Positions 27,351 through 38,443 are shown, counted from the first letter of the stretch. The stretch: 64,000 nucleotides of DNA from Acidobacteriota bacterium (GCA_963666215.2 CAXWPL010000005.1:64001-128000), one strand, 5' to 3'. The notes: generated from the sequence alone by a model not told the origin. A program made the numbers and translations.

Positions 27351-28088
27351 ATGGCCGAACAGACCATCCTGATCATCGACGATGATACCGAGCTCTGCGA
27401 GCTGGTTGGCGAGTACGTCGGCGCCGAAGGCTTCGAGACTCTCGCCGAGCATGACGGCGAGCGCGGGATGCAGATGGCAGTTGCCGGCGCCGCGTCGCTG
27501 GTGTTGCTCGACGTCATGCTGCCCGGCTCGAACGGCTTCGAGCTGCTGCGCCGGCTACGCGCAGAGTCTGACATTCCGGTGATCATGCTGACGGCGCGTG
27601 GCAACGACATCGACCGCATCGTCGGTCTCGAGATCGGCGCCGACGACTACCTGCCCAAGCCGTTCAACCCCCGCGAGCTCGTCGCCCGGATCCGAGCCGT
27701 CTATCGACGCTCCGAAGCGGGTCTCGGCCGGCCGCCAAACCGCCTGCTGACCGTCGGCGATCTTACCCTCGACGTAGGAGCCCGAACCGTACGGCTCGAG
27801 GGAGAGCAGGTCACCGTCACGGCAGTGGAATTCGATCTGCTCGAGCGCCTCTTGCGGGTCGCCGGGACGGTTGTGTCGCGCGACCGCCTTGCCCGTGACG
27901 TGCTCGACCGTGAGTACTCCGTGATCGACCGGAGCATCGACATGCACGTCAGCAACCTGCGCAAGAAGCTCGGCCCGGTGCTAGGAGAAACAGAGCGAAT
28001 CAAAACCGTGCGCGGAGTCGGCTACCTGTACACGAACCCCTCCGTGCCAACGACCGAGCGGCCCGCGCCGCTCCTGGCCAGCGGCTGA
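27351..28088 (+). CDS. OmpR-family response regulator, CpxR-like
   Basis: IIDDD, LLDVMLP, GADDYLPKPFNPREL, DRSIDMHVSNLRKKL, TVRGVGY. Confidence 0.92.
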   Translation: MAEQTILIIDDDTELCELVGEYVGAEGFETLAEHDGERGMQMAVAGAASLVLLDVMLPGSNGFELLRRLRAESDIPVIMLTARGNDIDRIVGLEIGADDYLPKPFNPRELVARIRAVYRRSEAGLGRPPNRLLTVGDLTLDVGARTVRLEGEQVTVTAVEFDLLERLLRVAGTVVSRDRLARDVLDREYSVIDRSIDMHVSNLRKKLGPVLGETERIKTVRGVGYLYTNPSVPTTERPAPLLASG

Positions 28089-28093
28089 CCACC

Positions 28094-29566
28094 ATGAACA
28101 AGCTGTTTGTGAAGATTTTCCTCTGGTTCTGGCTGGCGATGGCGTTGGTGGCGGCGGCCCTCTTCCTGCCCACCGAGCTCGTCCAGGCGCAACGAGTGTC
28201 GAGCGAGTGGCGGGCGTTCAGTCGTCAGCGCATGGTCGTGTTCGGCCGTACCGCCGTCCATGCTCTGCACGTTGGAGGTCAACAGGGACTCCGCGACTAC
28301 ATCCAAGATGCAGAGGAGGAGACGTCGGGTATCTTCCCCTACGTCTTCGACGCGGAGCTCAACGAGCTCGCGGGCCGCAGGGTGCCGCCCGAGGCGCAAG
28401 AGGTGGCCTCCCTGTCTCTCGAGGGTGGCGAGGAACGCCCCACGGCCCGAGCCGCGGGAGAGCTCGGAGGGGTCTTTGCCGGAGGCACGTTCCTCGACCG
28501 TCGCGGACACCGCCACGTAATCGTCCAGTGGTTCCCGCCGCGTCTCAACCCGCCGGGGGCTCTGTCGCTGGCCGGCAGCTGGGCGGCCGTCGTGCTGATA
28601 TCAGGATTGGTCTGCTACGGGCTGGCCAGCTACCTGGCTGCACCCGTCTCCAAGCTCGGAGAAGCCACCCGTCGCTTCGCGGAGGGCGACTTGCAAACTC
28701 GAGTCGGACCGGAGCTCGGCACGCGCACCGATGAGATCGCCGACCTGGGCCGCGACTTCGACGACATGGCCGGACGTATCGAGTCGCTGTTGAACAAGCA
28801 GCAGCAGCTGTTGAGCGACATCTCGCACGAGCTACGCTCGCCCCTCGCACGTCTCTACGTCGCACTTGGCCTGGCGAGGCGGCGGTCTGGGCCGGAGGCG
28901 CGAGAGGCCCTCGACCGGATCGAGCGCGAGACCGAGCGACTCAACGAGTTGATCGGCCAGTTGCTGACGTTGACACGCCTCGAATCGGGCGATCCCGCAG
29001 CCAGGCTCGCTCCTGTCGAGCTTTCGGCCCTCGTCGGACAGATCGCCTCCGACGCCAACTACGAGGCTAGCGGTCGTGACCGCGGCGTACGTGTGATCGA
29101 GAGCGAGCGTTGCGAGTCGATGGCGATCGTCGAGTTGCTCGAGCGGGCGGTGGAGAACGTCGTCCGCAACGCCGTGCGCTACACCCCGGCGGGGACGTCC
29201 GCCGAGATCTCACTGCGCAAGCAAAACAACGGCGGCGGCGCGGCAGGCGAAGCGATCATCTCGGTACGCGACCACGGCCCGGGCGTGCCCGACGAGGCGT
29301 TGAGCGAGCTATTCCGTCCCTTCTACCGGACCGGTGACGCACGCGACCGCGGCAGCGGCGGAACCGGGCTCGGGCTCTCCATCTCGGAGCGCTCGATTCG
29401 TCTCCATGGCGGCACCATCGCCGCCGAGAATGCCAGCGGCGGCGGCCTACGCGTAGAAATGCGCCTGCCGCTAACTCTTCCGACCGCTGGTGGCGAGCGC
29501 CGCAACGGCGCGGCGAGCGCCGCATCGGCGCCCCACACGTCGTCAATCGCCGAGCCGGTCGACTAG
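28094..29566 (+). CDS. HAMP sensor histidine kinase, CpxA-like
   Basis: KIFLWFW, HAMP domain, DISHELRSPLAR, ENVVRNAVRY, DHGPG, GGTGLGL. Confidence 0.92.
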   Translation: MNKLFVKIFLWFWLAMALVAAALFLPTELVQAQRVSSEWRAFSRQRMVVFGRTAVHALHVGGQQGLRDYIQDAEEETSGIFPYVFDAELNELAGRRVPPEAQEVASLSLEGGEERPTARAAGELGGVFAGGTFLDRRGHRHVIVQWFPPRLNPPGALSLAGSWAAVVLISGLVCYGLASYLAAPVSKLGEATRRFAEGDLQTRVGPELGTRTDEIADLGRDFDDMAGRIESLLNKQQQLLSDISHELRSPLARLYVALGLARRRSGPEAREALDRIERETERLNELIGQLLTLTRLESGDPAARLAPVELSALVGQIASDANYEASGRDRGVRVIESERCESMAIVELLERAVENVVRNAVRYTPAGTSAEISLRKQNNGGGAAGEAIISVRDHGPGVPDEALSELFRPFYRTGDARDRGSGGTGLGLSISERSIRLHGGTIAAENASGGGLRVEMRLPLTLPTAGGERRNGAASAASAPHTSSIAEPVD

Positions 29567-30615
29567 CTACGCTCCAAGTCCGACAGCCACGCCTCAACGA
29601 GTCCCAGCTCACGCTGGGGAAAGAAATCGCCGGCGATCAGCGCCGCGTAGCACCTGCTCAGATTGACTCCGACCGCATCCACGCCAGCATCGAGGTCGAG
29701 GTCTCCGAGAGTTTCTACGAGCTCCTGGTTGCGCGTGTATCCAGGAATTTCGTCACGAAAATCACGCATCAGATCGTGCTCGTTGCGTTCCTGCACCATC
29801 TCAGCGGCGTGAAAAACGACGCCGACTCCGAGCTCCCAGACGCATCTCTGCGCGATGAGTCCACGCCAGATGTCGGTCATCCGGAACGAGCAGTAGCTGG
29901 GCAGGTAGAGCAGCGGATAGGCGTCTGGCCACCACCACGTGCACTGGCTGTTGAACGGGCACCAACTGCCTGGCGCCAAGGTCACGCTGGGGCCGCGCTC
30001 GAACTCGAACGGGCGATCCAGAACAAGGCGCCAAACCGCGTCGACGTCGGGCGACCCGTCCGCAAGCCCCTGCTGAATCGGCGCACGCACGACCGAAGGC
30101 TGCTCCAGATTCGCGCGGTCGGGCTGGCCGCGAACCTCTTACAGAGGCAGTCCCCGGGGCCAGATCAGCGCGTCGCTGAACAAGCCGTAGACGTTGACCC
30201 AGCCCTCTCGAGCGAACGTCCGCGCTTCGGTCTTCTGTGACCTCGGCGCCCAGTGCGACAGCGGAGCGTTGTCGTCGTCGGTCTCGAAAATGCAGCCGGC
30301 GTTGTCGTGGATTGCGCGCAGGTAGCCGAGGTTCTTACGGGCGTAGTGCCCGGTTGGCAGATCGCTCACCAGCTCGTAGGGCAGCCGCTGCTGTGCGGCG
30401 AGCGTCAGAAGGCGAGCGCTCGGCAGATCATAGCTGTCGGGCCCCTTCTGGTCGCCAATGATGTGCAGCGGCCGACCAGACCCGCGTAGCCGCGCCTCGA
30501 GCGCGACGACACTCGGCGTCGGAGGGTGAATCGTCGTGATGACGACGTGGAGACCGCTATCGGCCCCGACGGGCGCTGGGGTTGGGCCCGCGCCGCTGTC
30601 GAATCGCGCCACCAT
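29563..30615 (-). pseudogene. STELLO/DUF288-like glycosyltransferase with an in-frame stop
   Basis: VVITTI, YARKNLGYL, ETDDDN, IWPRGLPL, QQGLADGSPDVDA, PFNSQ, TDIWRG. Two same-frame ORFs are split by TAA at 30139-30141. Confidence 0.8.
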
Positions 30616-31382
30616 CAGGCCCGCCTCGCCTCGCGACGCAGTATCAGGAGATTGCGCAGAGCCTCGCCGAGGTTCGCACTACCGATGCTGCTGCTCGGAT
30701 TGCGATAGCTGATCGGTACTTCCACCCAATTGAGCTCGTGCATGAGGTAGCGAATCTCGGTCTGGAAAAAATGCGCTCGGCTGCGGACCCCCCGATCGAG
30801 CACGCGTTGCAGCGCCGCCCGAGTGAAGCACTCGAAGCCGCTGGTCATATCGCGCATCCGCGTGCCGAGCATCAGGTTGGCGAGAATCGTACCTCCACGG
30901 CTCACGACGAACCTCCAGGGAGTCGTCTGCATGTCGGAGCCTGACATGAAGCGGCTGCCGGCTACGAAGCTCGCTCCTCTGGCCATGGCGTCCAGAAAGC
31001 GCGGTATCTCTGCAGGCGCGTGGCTCAGGCCGCCGTCCATCTCGAGAATCCATTCGCATTCATCGTCCATCGCCTCGCGATACCCGCGGAAGTAGGCGTC
31101 GACGACGCAGCGATTCTCGGGAGCCCACACCAGCCGCACGCGCTCGTCGCGTTGCCCATGCTCCTCCACCAGGCCACGCGTGCCATCACGACTGACGTTG
31201 TCGAGAACGCAGTAAATCCGGTCGCCGCTGTCGAGGTGCTCGAGAACACCTGCGAGCAACGTCTCGATGGTGTTCTGCTCGTTGGCCAGCGGTACGACCA
31301 CACCAAGCTTGGGTCGTTGCAACGGTGCGTTCTCCGGAGACAGAGGCGTCGGCCAAGCGGCGTCGTCCCGCGAGGATTCCAC
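30615..31382 (-). CDS. GT2 polyprenol-phosphate glycosyltransferase (DPM1-like)
   Basis: VVPLANE, DNVSRDGT, EMDGGLSH, GSRF, DMTSGF. Confidence 0.88.
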   Translation of the reverse strand: MESSRDDAAWPTPLSPENAPLQRPKLGVVVPLANEQNTIETLLAGVLEHLDSGDRIYCVLDNVSRDGTRGLVEEHGQRDERVRLVWAPENRCVVDAYFRGYREAMDDECEWILEMDGGLSHAPAEIPRFLDAMARGASFVAGSRFMSGSDMQTTPWRFVVSRGGTILANLMLGTRMRDMTSGFECFTRAALQRVLDRGVRSRAHFFQTEIRYLMHELNWVEVPISYRNPSSSIGSANLGEALRNLLILRREARRA

Positions 31383-31482
31383 AAGGTGACGAAGAGTCGG
31401 TCCGCCTGGGTTCTTCTCTCGCTCGCGGCTCTTTCTCGGAGCAACAACCAGCTCAAAGGCCCCACGGTAAGCGCCGCTACCG

Positions 31483-32511
31483 CTAGACGTTCAGAGCTGC
31501 CTCGGAGTCGACCGTCTGGAAACTGGCTTCAGGCGTTGCTTCGGCTTTGCCGGCCCCATCGGCGCCATTCGCGAGAAACCACTCGTAGGTCCTTTGGAGT
31601 CCTTGTGGCAGCTCGACGCGATGGTTCCACCCGAGATCATGCAGCCGTGTGACGTCGAGCAGCTTGCGCGGCGCCCCATCCGGCTTGCCGGTGTCGAAGC
31701 GCAGGCTCGCCTCCGGGTAAACAACCGCGGCTACCCGTAGCGCGAGGTCGGCAATGGTCAGGTCTTCGCCGGTACCCACGTTGAGATGGGGCTCGCCGTC
31801 GTAGGCATCCATCAAGAACAGGCAAGCATCGGCGAGGTCGTCAACGTAAAGAAACTCGCGCCGCGGACTCCCCGTGCCCCAAATCGTGACCTCTGGCTCC
31901 CGCGCCAGCTTGGCATCGTGGAACTTTCGGATCAGCGCCGGGATGACGTGTGAGCTCTGCAGATCAAAGTTGTCGTGCGGCCCATACAGGTTCGTCGGCA
32001 TCGCCGAGATGAAGTTACAGCCGTACTGGCGACGATACGACTGGCACAACTTGATGCCAGCGATCTTGGCGATGGCATACGCCTCGTTCGTTGGCTCGAG
32101 AGGACTCTCGAGCAGCGCCTCCTCGCGCATGGGCTGGGCGCACTCGCGCGGATAGATGCACGAGCTGCCCAGGTACAGCAACTTGCGAGCCCCATACTCG
32201 TAGGCGGCGTGAACGACCGTCGCGTGGATCATCATGTTGTCGTAGATGAACTCGGCCGGCCGCGTGGAGTTGGCCAGGATACCGCCCACCGTCCCCGCCA
32301 CCAGGTAGACGTATTCGGGTCGATTGGCGCGGAACCAGTAGTTGACCGCGGCCTGGTCGCGGAGATCGAGCTGCGCGCGCGTCGCCGTGATCACGTCGGC
32401 AAAGCCCTCGCGCTCGAGCTGGCGCACGATCGCCGAGCCCACCAAACCCGTGTGGCCGGCCACGTAGATTCGCGCCGCACTCGGGACGCGGTCAGACTCG
32501 TTGGGTCTCAC
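31483..32511 (-). CDS. fcl: GDP-L-fucose synthase
   Basis: AGHTGLVGSA, GSSCIYP, YAIAKIAG, PTNLYG, GTGSPRREF, KPDG. Confidence 0.95.
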   Translation of the reverse strand: MRPNESDRVPSAARIYVAGHTGLVGSAIVRQLEREGFADVITATRAQLDLRDQAAVNYWFRANRPEYVYLVAGTVGGILANSTRPAEFIYDNMMIHATVVHAAYEYGARKLLYLGSSCIYPRECAQPMREEALLESPLEPTNEAYAIAKIAGIKLCQSYRRQYGCNFISAMPTNLYGPHDNFDLQSSHVIPALIRKFHDAKLAREPEVTIWGTGSPRREFLYVDDLADACLFLMDAYDGEPHLNVGTGEDLTIADLALRVAAVVYPEASLRFDTGKPDGAPRKLLDVTRLHDLGWNHRVELPQGLQRTYEWFLANGADGAGKAEATPEASFQTVDSEAALNV

Positions 32512-32818
32512 GCTTGATCCACGGCTGAGGGTCGGGTGACCCCGTGATGCGGGCACCAGTCGGGCTCAGGAGCCACGGGGCGCTTCAGGTGCCTTCGACG
32601 CGCGCCAGCCCGCGCCGCCAGATGGTAACAAACAGCTCCGAGGCCAGATAGCGGGCCGCCGGTTGCCCGGCCATGCGAACAGGCTCCGCTACTTGCTTCG
32701 CCTGCTCGTGCGTCGCTGTTGGCGCTCCCTGTCTTTGGCGGCGCGGCGGGCCTCCTTGTCTTGATCTGTCATGCGAATCTCCTCACGTTGGTGTCGGTTG
32801 GTGTCGATCGAACGGGCG

Positions 32819-33637
32819 CTACTCGATGACGACCCCCGCCGCATCAGGATCGAGGCCCGGATACTTCATCCCGAGCCGTTCCAGGGTGTCGACAAGGACC
32901 TTGGCGACCACCAGATTTCTGTACCACTTGCGATCCGCCGGAACCACGTACCAGGGGGCCTCTTCGGTGCTCGTTCGAGACAGGGCCGCATCGTACGCCG
33001 CAACATAGTCGTCCCAGAGTGCGCGCTCGGCAAGGTCGGCCGACGAGAACTTCCAGTGCTTCGTGGGTGTGTCGAGTCGCGCCTGCAGCCGCCGCCGCTG
33101 CTCATCCTTCGAGATATGCAGGAAGAACTTGACGATTGTCGTGCCCTCTTCGACGAGTCTCTTCTCGAACTCGGCAATCTGCGCGTAGCGTTGCTCCCAC
33201 ACCGAGCGCGGCACAAGCTCGCGAACCCGGACGATGAGAACATCCTCGTAGTGACTGCGATTGAAAATCACCAGCTCGGCGGTTCCCGGGGTCTGCTGAT
33301 GAACGCGCCAGAGATAGTCGTGCGCCAGCTCTACGGTCGACGGTTTCTTGAACGCCGCCACCCGCACACCTACCGGGTTCACGTGACGAAAGACGCTACG
33401 AACCGTGCCGTCTTTGCCTCCGGTATCCGTCGCCTGGAGAACCACCAGGAGCTTGTGCCGACCGTCCGCGTAGAGCAGCTCTTGGAGACCACCCAGGCGT
33501 TTTGTGAGCCGCATCAGCGAGCGCTGGCTAGCCGACTTGTCGCCGCCAAACCAACTGCCATCGCGAGGATCGCGGGCCGCCAGGTCGACCTCAGTTCCCT
33601 GCTCAACCCGATAGGGCGGATGCTCGAGCTCTTGCAT
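32819..33637 (-). CDS. ppk2: Polyphosphate kinase 2 family
   Basis: DTGGKDG, HDYLWR, FNRSHYED, KFFLHISK, PWYVVPADRKW. Confidence 0.93.
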   Translation of the reverse strand: MQELEHPPYRVEQGTEVDLAARDPRDGSWFGGDKSASQRSLMRLTKRLGGLQELLYADGRHKLLVVLQATDTGGKDGTVRSVFRHVNPVGVRVAAFKKPSTVELAHDYLWRVHQQTPGTAELVIFNRSHYEDVLIVRVRELVPRSVWEQRYAQIAEFEKRLVEEGTTIVKFFLHISKDEQRRRLQARLDTPTKHWKFSSADLAERALWDDYVAAYDAALSRTSTEEAPWYVVPADRKWYRNLVVAKVLVDTLERLGMKYPGLDPDAAGVVIE

Positions 33638-33727
33638 TGCGCGCCTGTCCCTCAATCAACGGCTTGCCATAACCCATCGCGCCGCCAACTCCGGACTCGG
33701 AGTTTGCCGTTTTCCGCCGTCTGCTCC

Positions 33728-35398
33728 CTATTGAAAAGCCCCACGACCCGGTTGTGTGATCTCGAACCCTTCGGCATCCTTCGCAGCCCGCACGAGGGCG
33801 CGCACGTCGGCGAGAAGCTGCCGTGCGTCATAGACGACGCCGTCCTTGATCGTATATTTGACGCGACCGACGCGCCCGACGGTGTTGTCGTCCATCAGCT
33901 TCACCGCTCCGATGCCGTACAGCACCTTGAGGTTGGCGACGGGATTCTGGTCGACAACCACGAAATCGGCAAGCTTCCCGACCTCGACTGAGCCCACCTC
34001 GTCGGCAACTCCCAGGGCTTCGGCACCCATCAAAGTAGCCGACCGGATGACTTCCAGGGGATGGAAGCCGGCCTCTCGCAGCAACTCCATCTCGCGCACG
34101 AACGAGAACCCGTAGAGGTTGTACGAGTAGCCCGAGTCGGTGCCGACGGCGACGCGACCACCGCGGTTCTTGTATTCGTTGACGAACGTCATCCAAAGGC
34201 GGTAGTTGTCTCTCCACGCGATCTCCTGCTCGGTGCCCCAGTCGAACCAGTACGACGCGTGCGCCGCGCGGTTCGGCGTGTAGAAGCGCCACAGCGCCGG
34301 CGTGGTGTACTCCTCGTGCCACTCGGCGCGCGCACCGCGCATGAAGTCGCGCGTGGTCTCGTAGGCGTGGAACGTGGGCGCAAGGGTGAAATCGAGCTCG
34401 AGCAGCTCGTTCATCACGGCGTTCCAGTGATCCGAGAACGGCGGTGCCGCCTGCTTCCACAGACGTCCGGCCTCGCCGAAGCGGTGCTGTTCGTCGTTGT
34501 AGTTGTAGTCGAGCGGATAGTTCTGGATCGCGCGGTCGGTGAACAGAGCCTCGGGCAGGCCGTACCAGTGCTGCATGGATGTCAGCCCCAGCCTTGCCGA
34601 GTCGATCACGTTCATCCAGGTCACGTTGAGCTGGGCGTGGTGCATGGTGGTGTAGAGATCATGTTCCGCGGCCGCTTCGAGCGCCGCCTTCATCAGGTCG
34701 GGCCGCAGGCCGAAGAACTTCACCCCGTGCGCTCCCACCGCGGCGATCTCGGCAACCCAAGCGCGAGCCTGCTCGGGAGTCGAGATCGGCCCATCGTGGC
34801 CCTGTCCGAACGACGCCGACGGCAGCAGCCGCGGAGCGGTGATCTCGTTGCGCTCGCTGCGCTCGGCGTGCTCGAGCATCCAGTCGATACCGTTGCCGCT
34901 GCCCGGATCGGCGCTGGTGGTGATCCCGTGCCCCATCCAGAGCTTGAGGATGTATTCGGCTGGCGTCTCGGGCCCGCTGAGATGCCCGTGCAGATCAACG
35001 AAGCCGGGAAGTACGTAGTGGCCCGCCAGATCGATGACCTCGTCGCCGGCCCGCGCCTGTGGTCTTCGATCTGGATCGATGGCTACACCAGGAAAACCAA
35101 CGTTCACGATGTCGGCGATGCGGTTGCCTTCCACGACGATGTCCACCGGTCCGAACGGCGGCGCGCCCGTGCCGTCGACCAACGTCGCACCGCGCAGGAT
35201 GAGGCGCTGGAACGGTCCACTACCCCGCGCCCGATCGGGTGCCGGCGGGTTCTGGGCAAGGCCGCCCGCAGCCGCCGTAGACACCGTGGCGATGGCTACG
35301 CTCACGAACAACAGCACCGCAAGCCGCAGGATGCGTGTGCGAGGTGCAAGCGACCTCGAGCAGCTGTGGATCTGTTTCATCGATGTCTCCTTCGGCAT
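33728..35398 (-). CDS. Secreted amidohydrolase-family protein
   Basis: Signal peptide, PGFVDLHGH, GTDSG, GSVEVGKLAD. Confidence 0.88.
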   Translation of the reverse strand: MPKETSMKQIHSCSRSLAPRTRILRLAVLLFVSVAIATVSTAAAGGLAQNPPAPDRARGSGPFQRLILRGATLVDGTGAPPFGPVDIVVEGNRIADIVNVGFPGVAIDPDRRPQARAGDEVIDLAGHYVLPGFVDLHGHLSGPETPAEYILKLWMGHGITTSADPGSGNGIDWMLEHAERSERNEITAPRLLPSASFGQGHDGPISTPEQARAWVAEIAAVGAHGVKFFGLRPDLMKAALEAAAEHDLYTTMHHAQLNVTWMNVIDSARLGLTSMQHWYGLPEALFTDRAIQNYPLDYNYNDEQHRFGEAGRLWKQAAPPFSDHWNAVMNELLELDFTLAPTFHAYETTRDFMRGARAEWHEEYTTPALWRFYTPNRAAHASYWFDWGTEQEIAWRDNYRLWMTFVNEYKNRGGRVAVGTDSGYSYNLYGFSFVREMELLREAGFHPLEVIRSATLMGAEALGVADEVGSVEVGKLADFVVVDQNPVANLKVLYGIGAVKLMDDNTVGRVGRVKYTIKDGVVYDARQLLADVRALVRAAKDAEGFEITQPGRGAFQ

Positions 35399-35579
35399 GA
35401 CTCAGGACCGCCCGCAGCGGAGCTGCCCAGAATCGCCCGTACCGGGGCGCACCGGATTGCCTTCGGCGGATCGGAATGGGAGCCCGATGATACGCGAGCC
35501 GCCTGCGACGATCGCCGCGCGACTCGCCCGCGGCTGCTCGTGCGGATCCGAGACCCGCCCATTTGCCGCACAAGAGTCA

Positions 35580-36848
35580 TCACAGTTGCTCCGATCGGCG
35601 GCTGGCAACCAGCGCCTGGTACGCGAGGCGCGCCTTCTCGGCCGCATCGGCCCGCCCCACTACGGCGTAGAGCTCAGCCAGAAGCCGCTGAGCTTCAGCC
35701 AGCGAGGGGTCGATCTCTACAGCCCTCTCGAGAGCCGTGATCGCCGCACTCTCCTCGCCCTCGAGCCTCAACGCCGCCGCGAGCCCGAGGTGCCCGGCAG
35801 CGTTGTCCAGCCGCGTTTGCGCCTCGATCGCCGCGCGAAAACGAGCTGCCGCCTCGCCCGCATCACCCGCCCGCAGCGCCTCAAGTCCTTGCCGATAGCG
35901 CAGTTCAGCGCGCGTCTCGGCCATCGCCTCCAGGCCAACCCGTCGCTGCTGGCGCCGCGCCGTGCTCAGGGCCGCGAAGGTCTCGAGCGACGCCCGCGCT
36001 TCGGCGTGGCCGCCCGCCGCGGCGTAGGCTCGACCCAGGTTGTAGAGCGCACCCGCGTGCTCCGGGTCGAGATACAGGGCTTCTTCGAAGGCCACGGCAG
36101 CCTCTTCCGCGGCGCCGCGTCGAAGCGCTACCCGGCCGTGAAGAAAATGGGCTTCGGCAAGCGTGGGGCGTTGCCGCAGCACGAGCTCGATATGGCGTTC
36201 AGCGTTGTCGGGCGCAGCCGCGTCGAGATCGAGTCGAGCCAGGTCGAGCCGCGCCTCGACCAGCTCTTCGTTGGCGGCCAGCGCTGCCTCGTACGAGCCG
36301 CGCGCGGCGTCGAAGCGTCCGTTCGATCGATGCACGAGGCCGGTGTAGTAGTGCGCGATCGCGTTCTCGGGCTGCGCCTCGAGCACGCGCTCGAACTCCA
36401 TGAGCGCCGCCTCACCTTGGTCTTCCTGCAGGAGGATCCAGCCCGCGTTGAGTCGCGGCTCGACCGCCTCGGGATCGACTTCCAGCAAGCGCGTGAATCG
36501 CTCGCTGGCTTCGTCGTAGCGGCCTAGTCGCATCGCCGCGACCCCGATTTGGAACGCGAGCCCGCGATTGAGCACTGCTGTCGATCGGATGAACGGCAAG
36601 TGGTCGGCGCGAGTCAACGTCGTGTGCGCCGAGGCCGCATCACCAATTTGCAGCTGCGCGACGCCGAGGTAGAACAGCGTGCGCTGCGACGCGTCGGCGC
36701 TCGCCGCAAGAGGCGTCAGCAGTCGGATGGCCTGCTCGGCGTCGCCCGCCGTCAGCGCGCGAATCGCGTCGGCGGTCGGATCCTGGAGCGACGGAAACAC
36801 CAGCATGGCCAGCAGCAAGCCGAGCTCGGCGAAAGACAATGCGGACAT
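35580..36848 (-). CDS. Tetratricopeptide-repeat protein
   Basis: Repeated TPR signatures (AHYYTGLV, AHFLHGR, ALYNLGRAY, AVEIDPSLAEA). Start uncertain. Confidence 0.8.
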   Translation of the reverse strand: MSALSFAELGLLLAMLVFPSLQDPTADAIRALTAGDAEQAIRLLTPLAASADASQRTLFYLGVAQLQIGDAASAHTTLTRADHLPFIRSTAVLNRGLAFQIGVAAMRLGRYDEASERFTRLLEVDPEAVEPRLNAGWILLQEDQGEAALMEFERVLEAQPENAIAHYYTGLVHRSNGRFDAARGSYEAALAANEELVEARLDLARLDLDAAAPDNAERHIELVLRQRPTLAEAHFLHGRVALRRGAAEEAAVAFEEALYLDPEHAGALYNLGRAYAAAGGHAEARASLETFAALSTARRQQRRVGLEAMAETRAELRYRQGLEALRAGDAGEAAARFRAAIEAQTRLDNAAGHLGLAAALRLEGEESAAITALERAVEIDPSLAEAQRLLAELYAVVGRADAAEKARLAYQALVASRRSEQL

Positions 36849-36959
36849 GGCGGACGAAGGCTGGTTGGAGGGCGGCACGATCGCAACTCTTGCGTCGTGC
36901 GGATTCTGACCTGCGCTCACGCTACAACAGACGCAGCGGCAGATCCCGACCTCTCGTCG

Positions 36960-37577
36960 CTAGCTTCTTTCGTTCGACGTACAGAGGTACGTGAACCAAG
37001 TCATCAGGCCGATGAATACCGCGAGGCCAGCGAGCGGCGCCAGTGCGCCGGCCCAACCTGTGCCAAGTCCGGTGGGACGACCCCACTGAAAAGCGATGGC
37101 GGCCAGCAGAATGCCGAAGAGCCCGGTACCACCCACCAGGCCGGAGCCGAAGAGCACACCCCGCTCGCGGCGCTCGGCTGCCTGCGTGTCGGTGCTGGCG
37201 GTCTTCTCCAGTCGCCAGCGCAGCAGGCCGCCGAAGAAGATCGGCACGAGTGTTCCCACCGGCAGGTAGATGCCCACCGCGAAAGGCAGGCTCGGCACTC
37301 CAGCCCCCTCGGCCACCAGCGCCAGCACTACGCCGATGCCAACAAAGGCCCACGGAAGAGTCGCGTCGAGCACCCCCTCGATGACGAGCTTCATGAGTGT
37401 CGCCTGCGGCGCCGGGAGCTCGGTGGTGCCAAAGCCGTAGCTGCCGTCGAGAACGATGAGCGTCAGGCAAACGAACATCGCCGACGTCAACACCCCGACG
37501 ATCTCACCGATCTGCTGGCGTTTCGGTGTTGCTCCGAGCAGGAATCCCGTCTTGAGATCCTGCGATGTATCCCCCAC
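36960..37577 (-). pseudogene. C-terminal remnant of an OPT-family oligopeptide transporter
   Basis: [49 protein letters not shown]. About two thirds of the gene is missing. Confidence 0.85.
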
Positions 37578-38209
37578 AGAGGTCCATCAACCGCGCGAGA
37601 GCTTTGACTGGGACCTGTGGCTAGGACCGGCAGAGGAACGTCCCTACAACCCCGCCTATGCCCCCTTCCGGTGGCGTGGCTGGTGGGATTTCGGCACCGA
37701 CGGCCTCTCGGGTGGTCTACGACTTCGCTGCGGATCGTTCTGATCCTTCACGCAACGGCGCCGCGGTGAAGCTCTTCTGGCGCGACGGAGACCTGCGTCT
37801 GCCGCTGCCGCCCGAGCTCGTCGGACGCCAGCCGTGGCCCTTCCCTCCGATTGGCGGGCAGCTGTGGATCGGCGACGACGGCAAGCTCGTGGCAGGTATC
37901 TACGGAGAAAATCCCACCGTTCTCGACGCCGAGCGTCAGCGTGAGCTGACCGAGAGCCCGCCGCCCGAACGCTATCCCCGCAGCGAAGGCGTGTACGCCG
38001 AGTGGCTTGCGGCCTGCCGCGGCGGCGACCCGGCAGGCTCGAGCTTCGCCGGGCATGCGGGCCCGCTCACCGAGATGGTCTTGCTCGGAAATCTGGCCGT
38101 GCGGCTGGCACAGCCCATCGAGATCGATCCCGCGACCGGCGCAATTCGATCGCCATCGGTTCCGGCCGAGCTACTGCGACCGACGTTGCGCAGCGGCTGG
38201 TCGATGTAG
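37572..38209 (+). pseudogene. Two C-terminal pieces of a Gfo/Idh/MocA oxidoreductase
   Basis: [10 protein letters not shown]...WRGWWDFGT, then a jump (frame change near 37700) to RVVYDFAA...EWLAACRG...LTEMVLLGNLA...RSGW. Confidence 0.8.
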
Positions 38210-38443
38210 CACCGCAGCTTCGCCAAACACAGCGCCGGTCAAAGCTGTGCCCTTCGGGAGGCGAGGCGCCCGACGCGGCTCGCGGCCAAGACGTCGGGCC
38301 TGAAATGGCGGGAGCGATGTCGACGTTGACGCCACACGACGGTTGACGTCGGGCGCCGTCGCCGACACATCCGCGCTTGACCCTCGATCCGGGTGCCCGC
38401 ACCGCTCCCGAAACTCACCGATTGCCGGAAGCAAGAGCCCCCG

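Noticed and set aside
30139-30141. In-frame stops (TAA here, TAG at 46037) as programmed recoding
   Set aside because: TAA and TAG terminate many normal genes in this window, and no recoding signal is evident. Mutation or error is the simpler explanation.
34061-36527. Long plus-strand ORFs (559 aa, 497 aa) and similar ones at 43232-45013, 55467-56951 and 7613-8836
   Set aside because: They are antisense shadows of real genes in high-GC DNA, with no recognisable motifs.
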